Assembly: GCA_013239625.1 (NCBI GenBank)
Contig: MU053934.1
Location: forward strand, 9,321,352-9,385,351
Source of the DNA: Lama guanicoe
Lineage: Eukaryota
Length of the DNA stretch: 64,000 nt
Direction: 5' to 3'
The notes under the pieces are model-generated. The model searched no databases. It worked only from the letters and a program-made list of their open reading frames with translations, and had not been told where the DNA came from. Below, one piece after another: positions 1 through 10,960 of the stretch. Within the stretch, counting starts at the first letter, position 1, and every line of letters begins with the position of its first letter. The translations under genes were made by a program, and so were the position numbers.

Positions 1-1140
1 GTAAAATTTTGTCATTTTTAGCGATATTTTTGTCTACTTTGGTTTATCAGTTGCAGAGAGATATTTTAAAATACAAGCCTATGATGATAGATTTGTCTAA
101 ATTTCTCCTTTTAGTTATATAAAACTTTTTTTAATATATTTTGAGACAGTATTATTAGATTAAAGTGTATAATAGATCTTGAGAAATGTCCTGTTGTCAT
201 TATAAACTGGCCCTCTATATCTCTATAACTGCTTTTTACCTAATACTAACATGCCTACTCTAGCTCACTTTTGGTTGGTATTTACACGGAATAACCTTTT
301 TCAGTCCTTTTGTTTTCAATCTTTCTGTACCAGAGGTGTTTGTTGTAAATAGCAGAGTTGATTTTTTCTTAATCTAGTTTCTCTGCCTTTTAGCTGTCAC
401 CATTAGCCTGTTTATATTTAATGTAATTATTGGTCTATTTATACTTAAGCTGCTCTCTTTTCCTTCCTGGTTTATTTTTTTTCTCTCTCTCTTGCTTTCT
501 TTTGGATTGACTGTTTTATATAATTCAGTTTTTGTCTTTTTCTAGAAGTTTGAAAGGTTTTTTTTATTCTTTTTTTTTCTGTTCTGTTAATAGTTCCCTG
601 GGAAAACACAATATGCATTGACTTGACTTAAGGACAATCTAATTTTTCTCAGACTTTCCCCCTTCCCAGACAATACAGGACTACTTAGCACCCCCCATTT
701 ACATGCTATTGTTGTTGTATATTTTTTTTGTTGTTTTTCCAACTCCATAAAATGTTACTGTTGTAGTTCTATAAAGTCAACGTTCACTTAGGCTTCTCCA
801 CATAGTTACTACTTTCCCTGCCTTTCACCTCTTCCTGTAGCTCTTCTGTCCATCTGGGACCGTTTTCCTTCTTCCTGAAGACCTTCTTTTAGAATTTCTT
901 TAAAAGTAAGTCCACTGACGAGGAACTAATTGAGTTTGTTGGAAAGTGTGTGCCTGAGACCAGCATTTTGTTGGGATAGCTACAGATCTCAATATTTTAA
1001 TATGTATACTTTCACTTAATTCCAGTATTTCCAGCATTCTATCTGCACCCTCTGCATCTGGTATCCTCCATGCCAGAGTGTCTTCTGTTTTGCCCTTTTT
1101 GTTGGATGGATTTGGGACATATTCTGGAGAGAGAATCAAC
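1..1140 (-). mobile_element. Ancient LINE-1 (L1M/L1ME-type) ORF2 fragment
   Basis: T-rich sequence with antisense L1 motifs such as cttttggttggtatttacacggaataacctttttcagtccttttgttttcaatctttctgta; no intact ORF. Confidence 0.7.
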
Positions 1141-1149
1141 AAAACTTAT

Positions 1150-2900
1150 GACGCTTTAGAGGCTGGAGAATGAAAAAGAAACAGCATCACGAGTGGCTCC
1201 CAGGTTTCTGACCTGAGGTGGGTGGAGACATTCCCCCATTTATTGAGAAAGACAGGGGACAGTTTCAAAGGAGAATATCAGTGGATGAATGTGTTCATCA
1301 GCTTCTTCATTTGCATGTGGTCACCAGTCACCCTGTACTGTCCACATCAGTGGATGTTTTACAGTTCTCATCACATTGAAACTCAGTTCAACAGAATTAA
1401 TCACTTGCTCCTTAACATAAGGGTTTTTTCTTGGCTTTCATGAGAGTACCTTCTCTTGGTTTTCTTCACATCTTCCCGGCTCCTCCTCCTCATTCTCCTT
1501 TGTTACTTCCTCTTCTGCACAACTGTTGAATGTTGGAGTGCTCCTTGACACCCCGAGCTCAGAAACTCTTCTCATCCTGCGTTTTCTCCCTAAGGAATCC
1601 CACCCGCTTATTCCTTTGTTCTTTCATTCATTCGGTATTTGTGGAACACCTGTTACGTCCCGGACACTATTCTGGGCCCCTAGAACGACGGAATCCTGCA
1701 GGGAGGCTGTTGCCATCACCCAGGCGAGAGATGACAGTGGCTCAGGTCAGGCTGGCAACCCTGAAGATGGGGGAGTGAAGTTGTATTCTGGGCATTCTTA
1801 CGGCTTTGAATATCATTTGTTCTCCTGTGTCTCCAAATTTGATATCTAGACAGACCTCTCTGCTGAGTCTCAGATTTATGTCTCCCAACATCCTGCTTAG
1901 CATTGCTTGTATATCTTATCGACGTTCCAAACCTAGCACGTCCAGAGTTAAACCATACATACCTCTGCAGAATTGTCCCCCATCTTTCTCAGTAAATGGG
2001 GGAGTGTCTCCATCCATCTAGTTGCTCAGGTTGGAAACCTGGGAGTCACTCGTGATGCTGTTTCTTTTTTTATTCTCCCACCTCTGAAGCGCCACAAGTC
2101 TTGCGGAATATGTCCCAGAATATGTCCCACATCTGTCCGTTTCCCTTCCTTTCCATTACCACCATCTGGTCCGTACCTTCGTCACCTCTGGCCTGGGTGT
2201 CAGCAGCAGCTTCCTAACTCATCTTTCAGTTTCTGTTTTGTTGTGTTCAGGTGACTTTTAATCCCCATCCATTCAGTGGGATCTTTTACAACCAAAATAG
2301 GGTCCTTCCTCTCGGCCTCTTGGCTCTCCCTACCCGACCCCAGCCCTCATAAAGATGCCCTGTTTGTAAAACCTCCAAGCCTGTCCATCGTAGCTAGAAT
2401 AAATCCCCAGGCTCCAGCACGTGCTAAAAGGTCTTGCCCCTCCTGCCCCTTTATTTATATCCAGACTGGCCTCCCTTTGTTAGCATTCCCCGGACACGCT
2501 TCCTTTTCTGTGCCTCAGATCTACCTGATTTCTCACCTCAGGGCAGTCACTGGTACTCACCTCTCTGCCCGAACTCCCCCAGCTAAGTCTTCCTCATCCT
2601 CGGGTCCAGCTTCCCCTGCCTCGTCCTCCGTGAAGCCTTCCTGGAGCCCCAGGCAAGGCACCATCACCCGTCAACCCCGTCTAGAACCCTGCTGTCCCTT
2701 CAGGTGTCACCGTCTGCAGTGGAATGTTTGTGCATTTACATCCTAATTACTCTCTAGACCAGGATCCAGCAGGTCAGGGACCAGGTTTTCTGCTTTTCAT
2801 CGTAACATAATATGCCATTGTCAGGCACATAGTAAATGTCCAATAAATATTTCTTAGGTAGGTGACTGAGTCAGACAACGAACAAATGAATGAACAAACA
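1150..2900. mobile_element. LINE-2 fragments (mostly + strand, with short opposite-strand pieces)
   Basis: L2-like RT-region text (cttggctttcatgagagtaccttctcttggttttc; atctagttgctcaggttggaaacctgggagtcac) and an L2 3' tail (ggcacatagtaaatgtccaataaatattt...aatgaatgaa). Confidence 0.75.
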
Positions 2901-2914
2901 GCAGCTTGATGAAA

Positions 2915-2916
<2 letters not shown>

Positions 2917-2950
<34 letters not shown>
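2917..2950. repeat. (GT)17 microsatellite
   Basis: Directly visible perfect GT run with a degenerate extension to about 2963. Confidence 0.97.
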
Positions 2951-2956
<6 letters not shown>

Positions 2957-3142
2957 GGGTGTGGCAGGTGGTTCTCAGCACAGGAGAAATTTCTCCCAGG
3001 GGTTTTATGATTCTTCTGTGAATTAAATAAGCCTGGTTTCGCAGTGGTATGATTTCAACTTTGGCTCAACCCCTTCTTCTAATGACTAACACCACCCAAG
3101 CTTTAATTCAATATTTTGTGTTAAAAAGCAAGAGATATTTGC

Positions 3143-3249
3143 GGGGTGGGGGAGTATAGCTCAGTGGCAGTGCTTATTAGCGTGCGTGGGGTCCTGGGTT
3201 CAGTCTCCAGTACCTGCACTTGGGGGAATAAAAGGGGAAAAAAGGCATT
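3143..3249 (+). mobile_element. tRNA-derived camelid SINE (Vic-1-like), diverged copy
   Basis: GGGGAGTATAGCTCAGTGG...GTCCTGGGTTCAGTCTCCAGTACC (A/B-box-like head) and A-rich tail, flanked by direct repeat agatatttg (3133-3141 and 3250-3258). Confidence 0.85.
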
Positions 3250-4249
3250 AGATATTTGGATATGCTTAGACTAGGAATCAGTGTTGATGTTCAGTGTCAG
3301 CTGATAAAAATACTTCTGTTCTGATCGCTCTAGGTGAGCTGGCCATGTCCACGTACTCACACGTCCTCCGCAGGTGGGGGCGAGGGCTCGTGTTCTCTTA
3401 GGGCAGCTGTCCTTGCTCCCCACGGGAAATCTGGGCTTAGGACCATGAAAGACCCTCTTTCTCTGTCCCTGTTGGGGATTAGGAGTCGCACATCACAGCA
3501 AATTAAGCTGACCGCTCCCCCAGGCTACGAACGAGCTGGAAGGCTCCCTGTCCCATTTCTCAGTCGTAGCTTCTAGAGACAAACTGGGATTTCTAGCTCC
3601 AGGGAAAAAGAACACCTCAAAGGGGTGCTCAGCCCCGAAGGCCTGCCCTGGGTGGCGGCCGCGTCAGGGACACAGGCCCAGCCAGCGCCCAGCTGTCCCC
3701 TCAGCCGGCTCACTTGCGGATCACCCACAGTAATGACACAGTAGCAGATGCCATCGGAAAATCCCAGCTCCACTGCCGCAGAGTCAGTTTCTTATTTGTC
3801 AGTTTATTGTGGCAAGTGGGATCTTTTGTTGTTGCTGTTTCCAAATAGAAACAGCTGAACTTTATTTGAAATGTTTTCCTTCGATTCTTTTTTGATCTAT
3901 GCTTTGATCAGCTCGCCTTGATGTGGGTTTTTTTTTATATTGTTTTTACTGGAGAGGGAGGGGGAGGGATGGGATGAGAGTCTAAACAGGACGGGGTTTT
4001 TTTGTTGTTGTTCTTTTCTTTCCTTTTTTCCTTCCTTTCTCTTTCTTTTTTTATTGAAAGGCCTCATTTGTAAGTGTTACCATGCACAGAAATGTAACTG
4101 TTCATAGAAGTGATAACCACACAGTAATCCTACGCTGAGGACCTATGGCACTGAGGGAGGAGCATCAGCTCGGGGCCCCACAGACCCAGACTCTCTCAGC
4201 TTCTCAACACTTCACTCAACCTCTGTTACGAGTTTTAGCTCATTTGTCT

Positions 4250-4870
4250 TAAATGGGGGCCTGGCACAGTCCCTTTGGAAGACTTTCTGGCAGTGTCTCC
4301 TAAACCTGAGCATACACCTGCCCTGCGAGCCCGCACACCCACTCCTCGGTGTGTCCGCAGGGGAAGTGCGTGCGTGTTTCTGTCAGGAGACGTGGGCCGG
4401 AACGGTCGTGGTCGTGACCTTGGTTGTGGCCCCAAAGTGGAGACGTCCCAGGTAGCCATCCTTAGCAGGACGGCTAAGTTGTGGAGCGTTGGCTCCTGGG
4501 ACTGCTTACCGTACAGAAGGCTGGACCGCTCTGTGTGACCGACGGCGACACTGACGCAGTGTTGAGCTGGAGAAGCCAGGTTCAGGAAGAGCCTACAACC
4601 CATAATACCATTTACGGGAGGCTGAAGAACAGGCAGGATCCATCTGTGGCCACACAAGCCAGAATGGTGGTTGCCGTGGGGGGAGGAGGGTGGGTGTGGG
4701 CAGGGAAGGGGTCCGTGGGGGCTCCCCAGGTGCTGGGCGTGTTTGAGAGCGACACGGGTGGGGTCGTGTGGACGCGGACGCGTGAGAAGGCCCAGCAAGG
4801 TGTGCGCTCCGGGTGCGCGTGTTGAGTCGCACCGCACGTTAACGCTGTAAAAGTCATCACTGAGTTCCTC
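4250..4870 (+). mobile_element. Ancient L1 (L1ME-type) 3' end, strongly GC-shifted
   Basis: ggcacagtccctttggaagactttctggcagtgtctcctaaacctgagcatacacctgccctg... follows the L1 ORF2-end/3' UTR layout. A short antisense L1 tail precedes it at about 4040-4130. Confidence 0.7.
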
Positions 4871-4879
4871 CCACGCGCC

Positions 4880-5030
4880 TGACCCTGTGCTGTGTGCCCT
4901 TTACACACGTTGCCTTGCCCAGTCTTTTTTTTTTTTTCAAACAGCCTCTTTGTTGGGAACTATAATTTCCATTTTACAAATGAGAAAAACAAAAGCTCCG
5001 AAAGCCAGTTCCCAGACTCCAGCTGATCCC
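4880..5030 (-). mobile_element. MIR SINE fragment
   Basis: MIR core ccattttacaaatgagaaaa. Confidence 0.65.
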
Positions 5031-7599
5031 GGGCCTCCCAGCTCTGGAGCAGCAGGGCCAGGGCAAGGCCCAGGCGTGTCCGGCCCTGCGGCCGGCCGGC
5101 GGTCCTGACGCGAGTGTCCGCGTGTCCGGCGGGTGCTCCATTCACTCCCCCACGGGGTTTCCTTCAGGTGTACCTTCTTGGGGGCCACGTGGGTGTTCAG
5201 CGTGTTGGACATGGAGTTGAGTTAGTGAATCCTGTTGAGCGTGCAGTACATGGTACCCACTCACGGCTCTGTTTTGACCTCCGGTGGTAATCAAGGCAGA
5301 GACCTAAGTCCTGAGGTGGCGGCCGTCTTGGAGAACAGGTCCCTCTCCCGTGCTGCACTCCTTTCTCTTCTAGGACTTTGGCATGTGTGTCCTCCTCCCG
5401 GAATTCTTCCATGATCCCCCTTAACCGAGCGCCGGTCTCACGGTTTAGTTGCGCTGTTCTGCCACTCCACGAGCAGTCCCACTGACGCATCTGCACGTGT
5501 AACTCCTTCCCTGTAGAAAAGTTCATGCCAGGCGGGATCGGTGTCATCTTGCACACCCCATATTGACCCCAAAGACCCAAGGGGTGTTACCAAAGTGTGT
5601 TCCAAAGCATATTTTTTCTGTACTTTCTTAAACAGCTGTTACATGAGAGAAGGCTTCTAAATAGTAATGTATAAACCTGCATCTCCTGTGTTGAGCAGGT
5701 GTCTCTTGCAGGGCTCCGTACAGTCTCCATAGTTCTCATGTGCATTTTGGAAATTCTGGACTATAGTCTTGGGGAATGCAGGAACACATCTTGGGGAATG
5801 CAGGAACTTTAATAAACGTGGGAACATGTTCCATTCTGTACTTTTCAAAATGGGGAATCTAGCTTGTGACTGGGCCTGCCAAGCGGCTGCCAGAGGGAGG
5901 CGTTCAGGGAAATGCCTTCACGTCAGAACGGCGCCGCTGGCTGAATGCGCTGCTGATCGTGAAAGGTGCCAGCAGATTTCCACGCCGGAGAACTGCTTAT
6001 GCCGTGGTCACAGAGTGATACGTTTCTGCTTTTGATGCCTTTCTTCGCCCATCCTAATGTTCAGAACAGGGATGACTCGGAAATCTTTCTGCTGTGATCA
6101 GTCTTTCTGCCTCTGGAGGGAAAGACTGTCTTCTACGGATTTCTGTGTCCCCTGCATTAAACAGCGGATAAACAGTCAGTGAGCACTTGTTCAGTTGTTG
6201 AGCTGACATTAGTTAAAAGCCAGAAAACCTCTTAATGCTCTTTGGCCTTAAAAGGGCAGACTTTTGGTTTGGCTCCTTGGTGATTTAATCTGGTTTTTCA
6301 AAGCCTCTGATTGATTCCCTTTACTGCTCACCTCGTGCCATTGAAGATGTGCAAACCAACTCTTCCTCCCCACCCAGAGGAGACAGGCGTGCACACTGCT
6401 TCGCAGGTTAGCGGGGGCCTCCCTCCCTGGGGCCCGTGTGAAGCAAGTCGAGCGTGGAACGAGGGACGGACGAGGCTCTGGTGCAGCCCCCCTGCCAGTG
6501 AGGGTGTACACGCGGCCACCAGCAGCCGTGTGGACCCGGTCAGGGCGAGACAGGGAAGAGGACCTGTTTTATGAAGTTGTATGGTATCCTAGCAACTGGT
6601 TCCCCCGGGCTCGAGGCCCAAAGTCAAAAGTGGGATGTAAAGTATTGAGTGAGGCTTTCACAGGCGGGAGCTCCGTTTCCTTGTTCAGGTGTTTGGACAA
6701 AACATCAGGCTATTTTAAAGTGGGACGAAATACTCCAGGTTGTCCCGCAGACGGCGTCTCCTTAGCTCCTAGTTCTGTGCTTCTGGCTTTCTTACATCTC
6801 TGAAATCAGAGGATAGAGATAAAACTGTCGTCACCCTACGGCACTGGCCTGTGAAGAGTGCCATGTGCAGAGAGGCCGCCGCCTCCACACTGACCTCCGG
6901 CCTGCACACGCGCCCGCCCCGTGGCTTTGTCTCGCGGAGCCTGGCTACTCAGCTGCCTCCCTGTCTCTCGGGGGTCAGGGTGCATCAGGTCCTGCTCTGT
7001 CTTGTTTATTTGCACTGAAAGCGAGATTGCTTGAGGTTTATTCTCACGAAAAGTTAGAAAGTGGGAGTCTGTCCTTTTCCCAGGTGAGGTGCCCGGTGTA
7101 ACCCCATGGTCTGCACGCGGCCCTTCACCCTTGCTGTCCCTCGGCCTGGGCGGAGACCAGGGCAGGGAGCCTCTTACCGGAAGCGCTGAGCGTCCCCGGA
7201 GGCCGCTTCCTTGGGCTTCCTGTCGCTTTAGCCACCTGGCTTTGAGACGACACGGTGTTTTCTTAATTTTACTTCTCAGTGGTCACTATCCATGTTTTTA
7301 GTGCCACCAGGTAAAATTCATTCCTAACCGGACACAGAACTTGATGTGAACATTTATTTCCATTGATTCTTATTCTAAAGTTTCTGCTCCTTGTGGCTGA
7401 TTAATTTAACAAATGTCATCCGACGACTGTAACTTTGGGGAAGGAATGTCGCTGGGAAGCCATAGCAGAAACACTGCTAAACAACTTCGCATCAAGTCTT
7501 CTGTGACAGCTGTGGGTTTGCTAGCCCAAGAGCATTTTGAATTTTCAAACTATAAGAAACTGAATTTGTTATTTTGTTACTGGTTTTTCCTCTTTTAAA

Positions 7600-8120
7600 A
7601 ATATTTTTAAGCACTTTATTTTTTAAGAGCAGTTTTAGGTTTACAGCAAAATTGAGAGGACAGCACAGAGATTCCGCACACTCCCAGCCCCCTCGTGGTC
7701 TGTGTCCCCCACCAGGGTGGTGCTTTTTTTTTTCTAACCAGGGTTGAACCTACACTGACACATCGTCATCACCCAAAGTCCACAGTTTAAGGGTTCACTC
7801 TCGGCTCTGTACATTCCGTGGGTTTGGACAGGTGCATAATGACGTGTAGCCTTCATTGTAACGTCACACTCGGTATTTTCTGTGCCCCGCCTGTGCGTTC
7901 CCCCTCCCCTAACCCCTGGCAGCCACGGATCTTTTACTGTCTCCATCGCTGTGCCTTTTCCAGAACGTCAGCTGAAATCATGCAGGCTGCAGCCTCTGAG
8001 ATGGGTGTCTTTCACTTGGTGAAACCGCTTGAAGTTTCTCCATGTCTTTCCATGGTTTGGTAGCTGGTTTCTTTTTCAGTGCTGAATCATATTCCACTGT
8101 GTCGGTGTACCAAATACTTG
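7600..8120 (-). mobile_element. L1MC1-like 3' end
   Basis: tttaagagcagttttaggtttacagcaaaattgag...catcacccaaagtccacagtttaagggttcactct...gggtttggaca, characteristic of antisense L1MC 3' UTR. Confidence 0.85.
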
Positions 8121-10739
8121 TTTTCAAAATTGTTTTCTCGAACAGTATGTTTACCCCGTAGGCATCCTGCACACCTCCCCGGTTCTCTCTATGGTATAAA
8201 GCAGACCATAAAAAGAACTTCCGTAAGTCGTGACTTTGTTTTCCAGAAATTTTATATCTGACATATAGATGAGACCATGAAGTAGCTAACTCTGAAATGT
8301 CAGCCTTAACTTCACGTGCTTGACAGTTTCCTTCAAACGCGGCTCTTGTGGGGCCGTCCTCAGGTTCCGGGGGCCTGTCTCTGCACGGAGCATCTTGGAC
8401 TCCTTTTGAAAGCGCATTCAATACAGTTTCTCAGTCATAAGGAAATCCTCTTAGTGTTTGATAACATACTTGACCTCTATTACAAAGCTGCGTCCCTCGG
8501 CCTCTGCTGACGTCGAGTCCCTCTGACATCGTGATCACAGCATTCCTAGGGAGGAAGGAGAGCTGGTTCAGAGCAGGAGGAAGCCTCCTGCCCGGGAAGC
8601 ACCTGGAGCCGTTCCTGGCGCGGGGTTTGTGCTGAACAAGCATTAGTGCTGTTGTTTACATGTACATATTTTCTCACAAAGGTAATTAATTGGCAGTTTT
8701 TCTTTTTGCATTCACTTTGTTCAAATGAGCAGTGACTTTGGGGGTGTTTAGGATGTTAATAAATACCTTTCAGAACTGCTGTGTGTAAATGGCATTGCCA
8801 CCCAGAATGTGCGCTTTGTAAGACACTTGAGGGGCTGGGGTGTGACCTTAGGCACATAGGACCGTGCTCCGGGTACCCTAACTAATATCAGATTTCGCAG
8901 TGACAGAGAAGGGTCTGGTCAGATCACTAGTGTGCCACAGCCACGTTAGCACCGCTAAACGGTAACTCCCTGGCCGGCTGTTTTGTGGTCACCATTCTCG
9001 GCAGGGAGTGCTGGAGTCTTTGTGCCACTGATTTTTTTGGAGCCAAGAGATTTAAGAAAACGAAGCCCGTATTGGGGGAGTGAGCCGGGGCAGGACTGAA
9101 GTGGGCGCAGGCGCTGGGGAGCCCTCCCTGGAGAGGGACCAGAGGGCCGCGCGAGCGAGCCCAGGAGCCGCTTGGTGGGAGGAACACACGTAAACACCGC
9201 GACCAGGGCCTGGCTCTGTCCCCAGTCCAGCCCCGACGGCAGCTTTCCCACCTTCGTTTGCGTCTTCTGACCCACAGCGAGGACCTGGAGGAAAGGTAGG
9301 GTGAGGAGGGCTCCCCAAGAGCGAGAGGCCGAGAGAGGGGAGTGAGGCGCCCACGAGCTCTGGGCCGTTTCCTCCTCGTGGGTTTGTGATCCACATCCCC
9401 CTTCATTGGAATAATACTTGCAAACTCAGGAAACAGAAAACTGCAGCTGACTTTCAGACAGACTCGCCTTTCCCACTCTTACTGTTCTCTGGCCTTACGT
9501 CTTCTCTGGGGAGGGGACACGGCTTTGTCCCCCGGCCGCCGCGTTGCCGTGTGGCCTGTGAGCCCGGCCACCCCGACAGCGGCAGCTGGTCTCTGTGCTG
9601 CCGGAAAGGGCCGTGCTGGGGGCGGACAGGGCTCTTCTTCAGGGTTAACTGAGTGCAGCTGAAAACAGGCCCCATGCTGTGAAAAAGCCTTGTCCAAGCC
9701 AGGAGTAAGCCACAACAGGAGGTGGCCTGCAGCTTGACAGCAGGGACCCAGCCCTGCACCGGGCCGTTTTCACATGACTCTCACGAGCCTAACTTTTACA
9801 TAGGTTCTTGACTTCAGTTTGAGTTAACAGCCTGATTTTACATCCTCATAGAAGCCCCCAGAACGATGATGGTGTCAAACACGGAGAGAGCTGCACTTCC
9901 TGGTTAAGGACAGGAAAAGCCTAGAAAAAGTCAAAACATTTTCCCAGTGTTGGCAAAAAACCAAACTACGTCAGAATCAAAACTCCTGTGCTGTCTTTCT
10001 GTCCTGAAGCACCTTCAGAAACTAGCACAGCGCTTAGCCAGGTGTCTGCTCTGGGCGCAGTTAGGAGGCACCAGGAAGTCCTCGTGGGTTTTCTAGAAGA
10101 TGATGACAATAACGTTCCTGATGCACAAGATCGGTCAGGTCCCTGGGCTGGGGGCAGGGGGGAAGGGCGAGGGAGGAGAGGTGAGCCAGCACGGCCTGGC
10201 CACCCTTAGAGTAGCTCGTCCCCCGGGGACGATTGGCGTTTGGACCAAGGAGAGTGATCACAGGTGCTCAGGCAGCCAGCACGTGCGACGTGAAAAAGCT
10301 CCCTGACCCTCTGGTGCCTGCGTGCCTTGTCTGAAACCTGCCAGAAGCCCCGCACTGTCTGTGTTCTTCGTTTCAGCCTTCGTGTCTGAAGAGCTGTTTC
10401 TGACTGTGGCTGTGCTTCACTCATCTCGAAGTCGTTAGTCCTAAATCAACAGTAGTCTTCCGTAATTTAGACTCGATGAACTATCTTTCTACTCCGAATT
10501 TTAATTCCATTTTGAAATGTCTCTTAGTTAATTCCAAAGATGTTCTGCATAAGTAGATACTCTAACTGGTGTCTGTCAATTTACTTTATCTTCTGAGATT
10601 TCTCTGAAGGGAAAGGGGCTCTGTTTCAAGAAACACGAAACCGGCCATTCGTTTCACTGCTCTGTGGGCAGACTGACCGAGGGGAGGACGGCGCCGCCTG
10701 CCCCCTGCGTCTCTCCTCCTCAGCCGGGGTCGTCCCGAG

Positions 10740-10960
10740 GGCTTGGGAGCTGCGTCCTAACCCAGGCCCGAGCATGTCAGGCCGCGTGACCTCGGGCAAG
10801 GCATTTCCCGTCGGCAGGCTGGGATGATGCCGCCTCCCGCGTGGCGTGTCCGCGAGGATGGAGTACTTTCTGTGAGTGCCTGTGGCACCCCGACAAGTGC
10901 TGTACCTCCCAGGGCCGTGGGAGCCACTGCTGTTACATTTATTATTATTACTGTTACTAC
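10740..10960 (+). mobile_element. MIR SINE, GC-shifted
   Basis: gccgcgtgacctcgggcaag...gcctgtggcaccc...attattattactgttact follows the MIR layout and tail. Confidence 0.55.
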
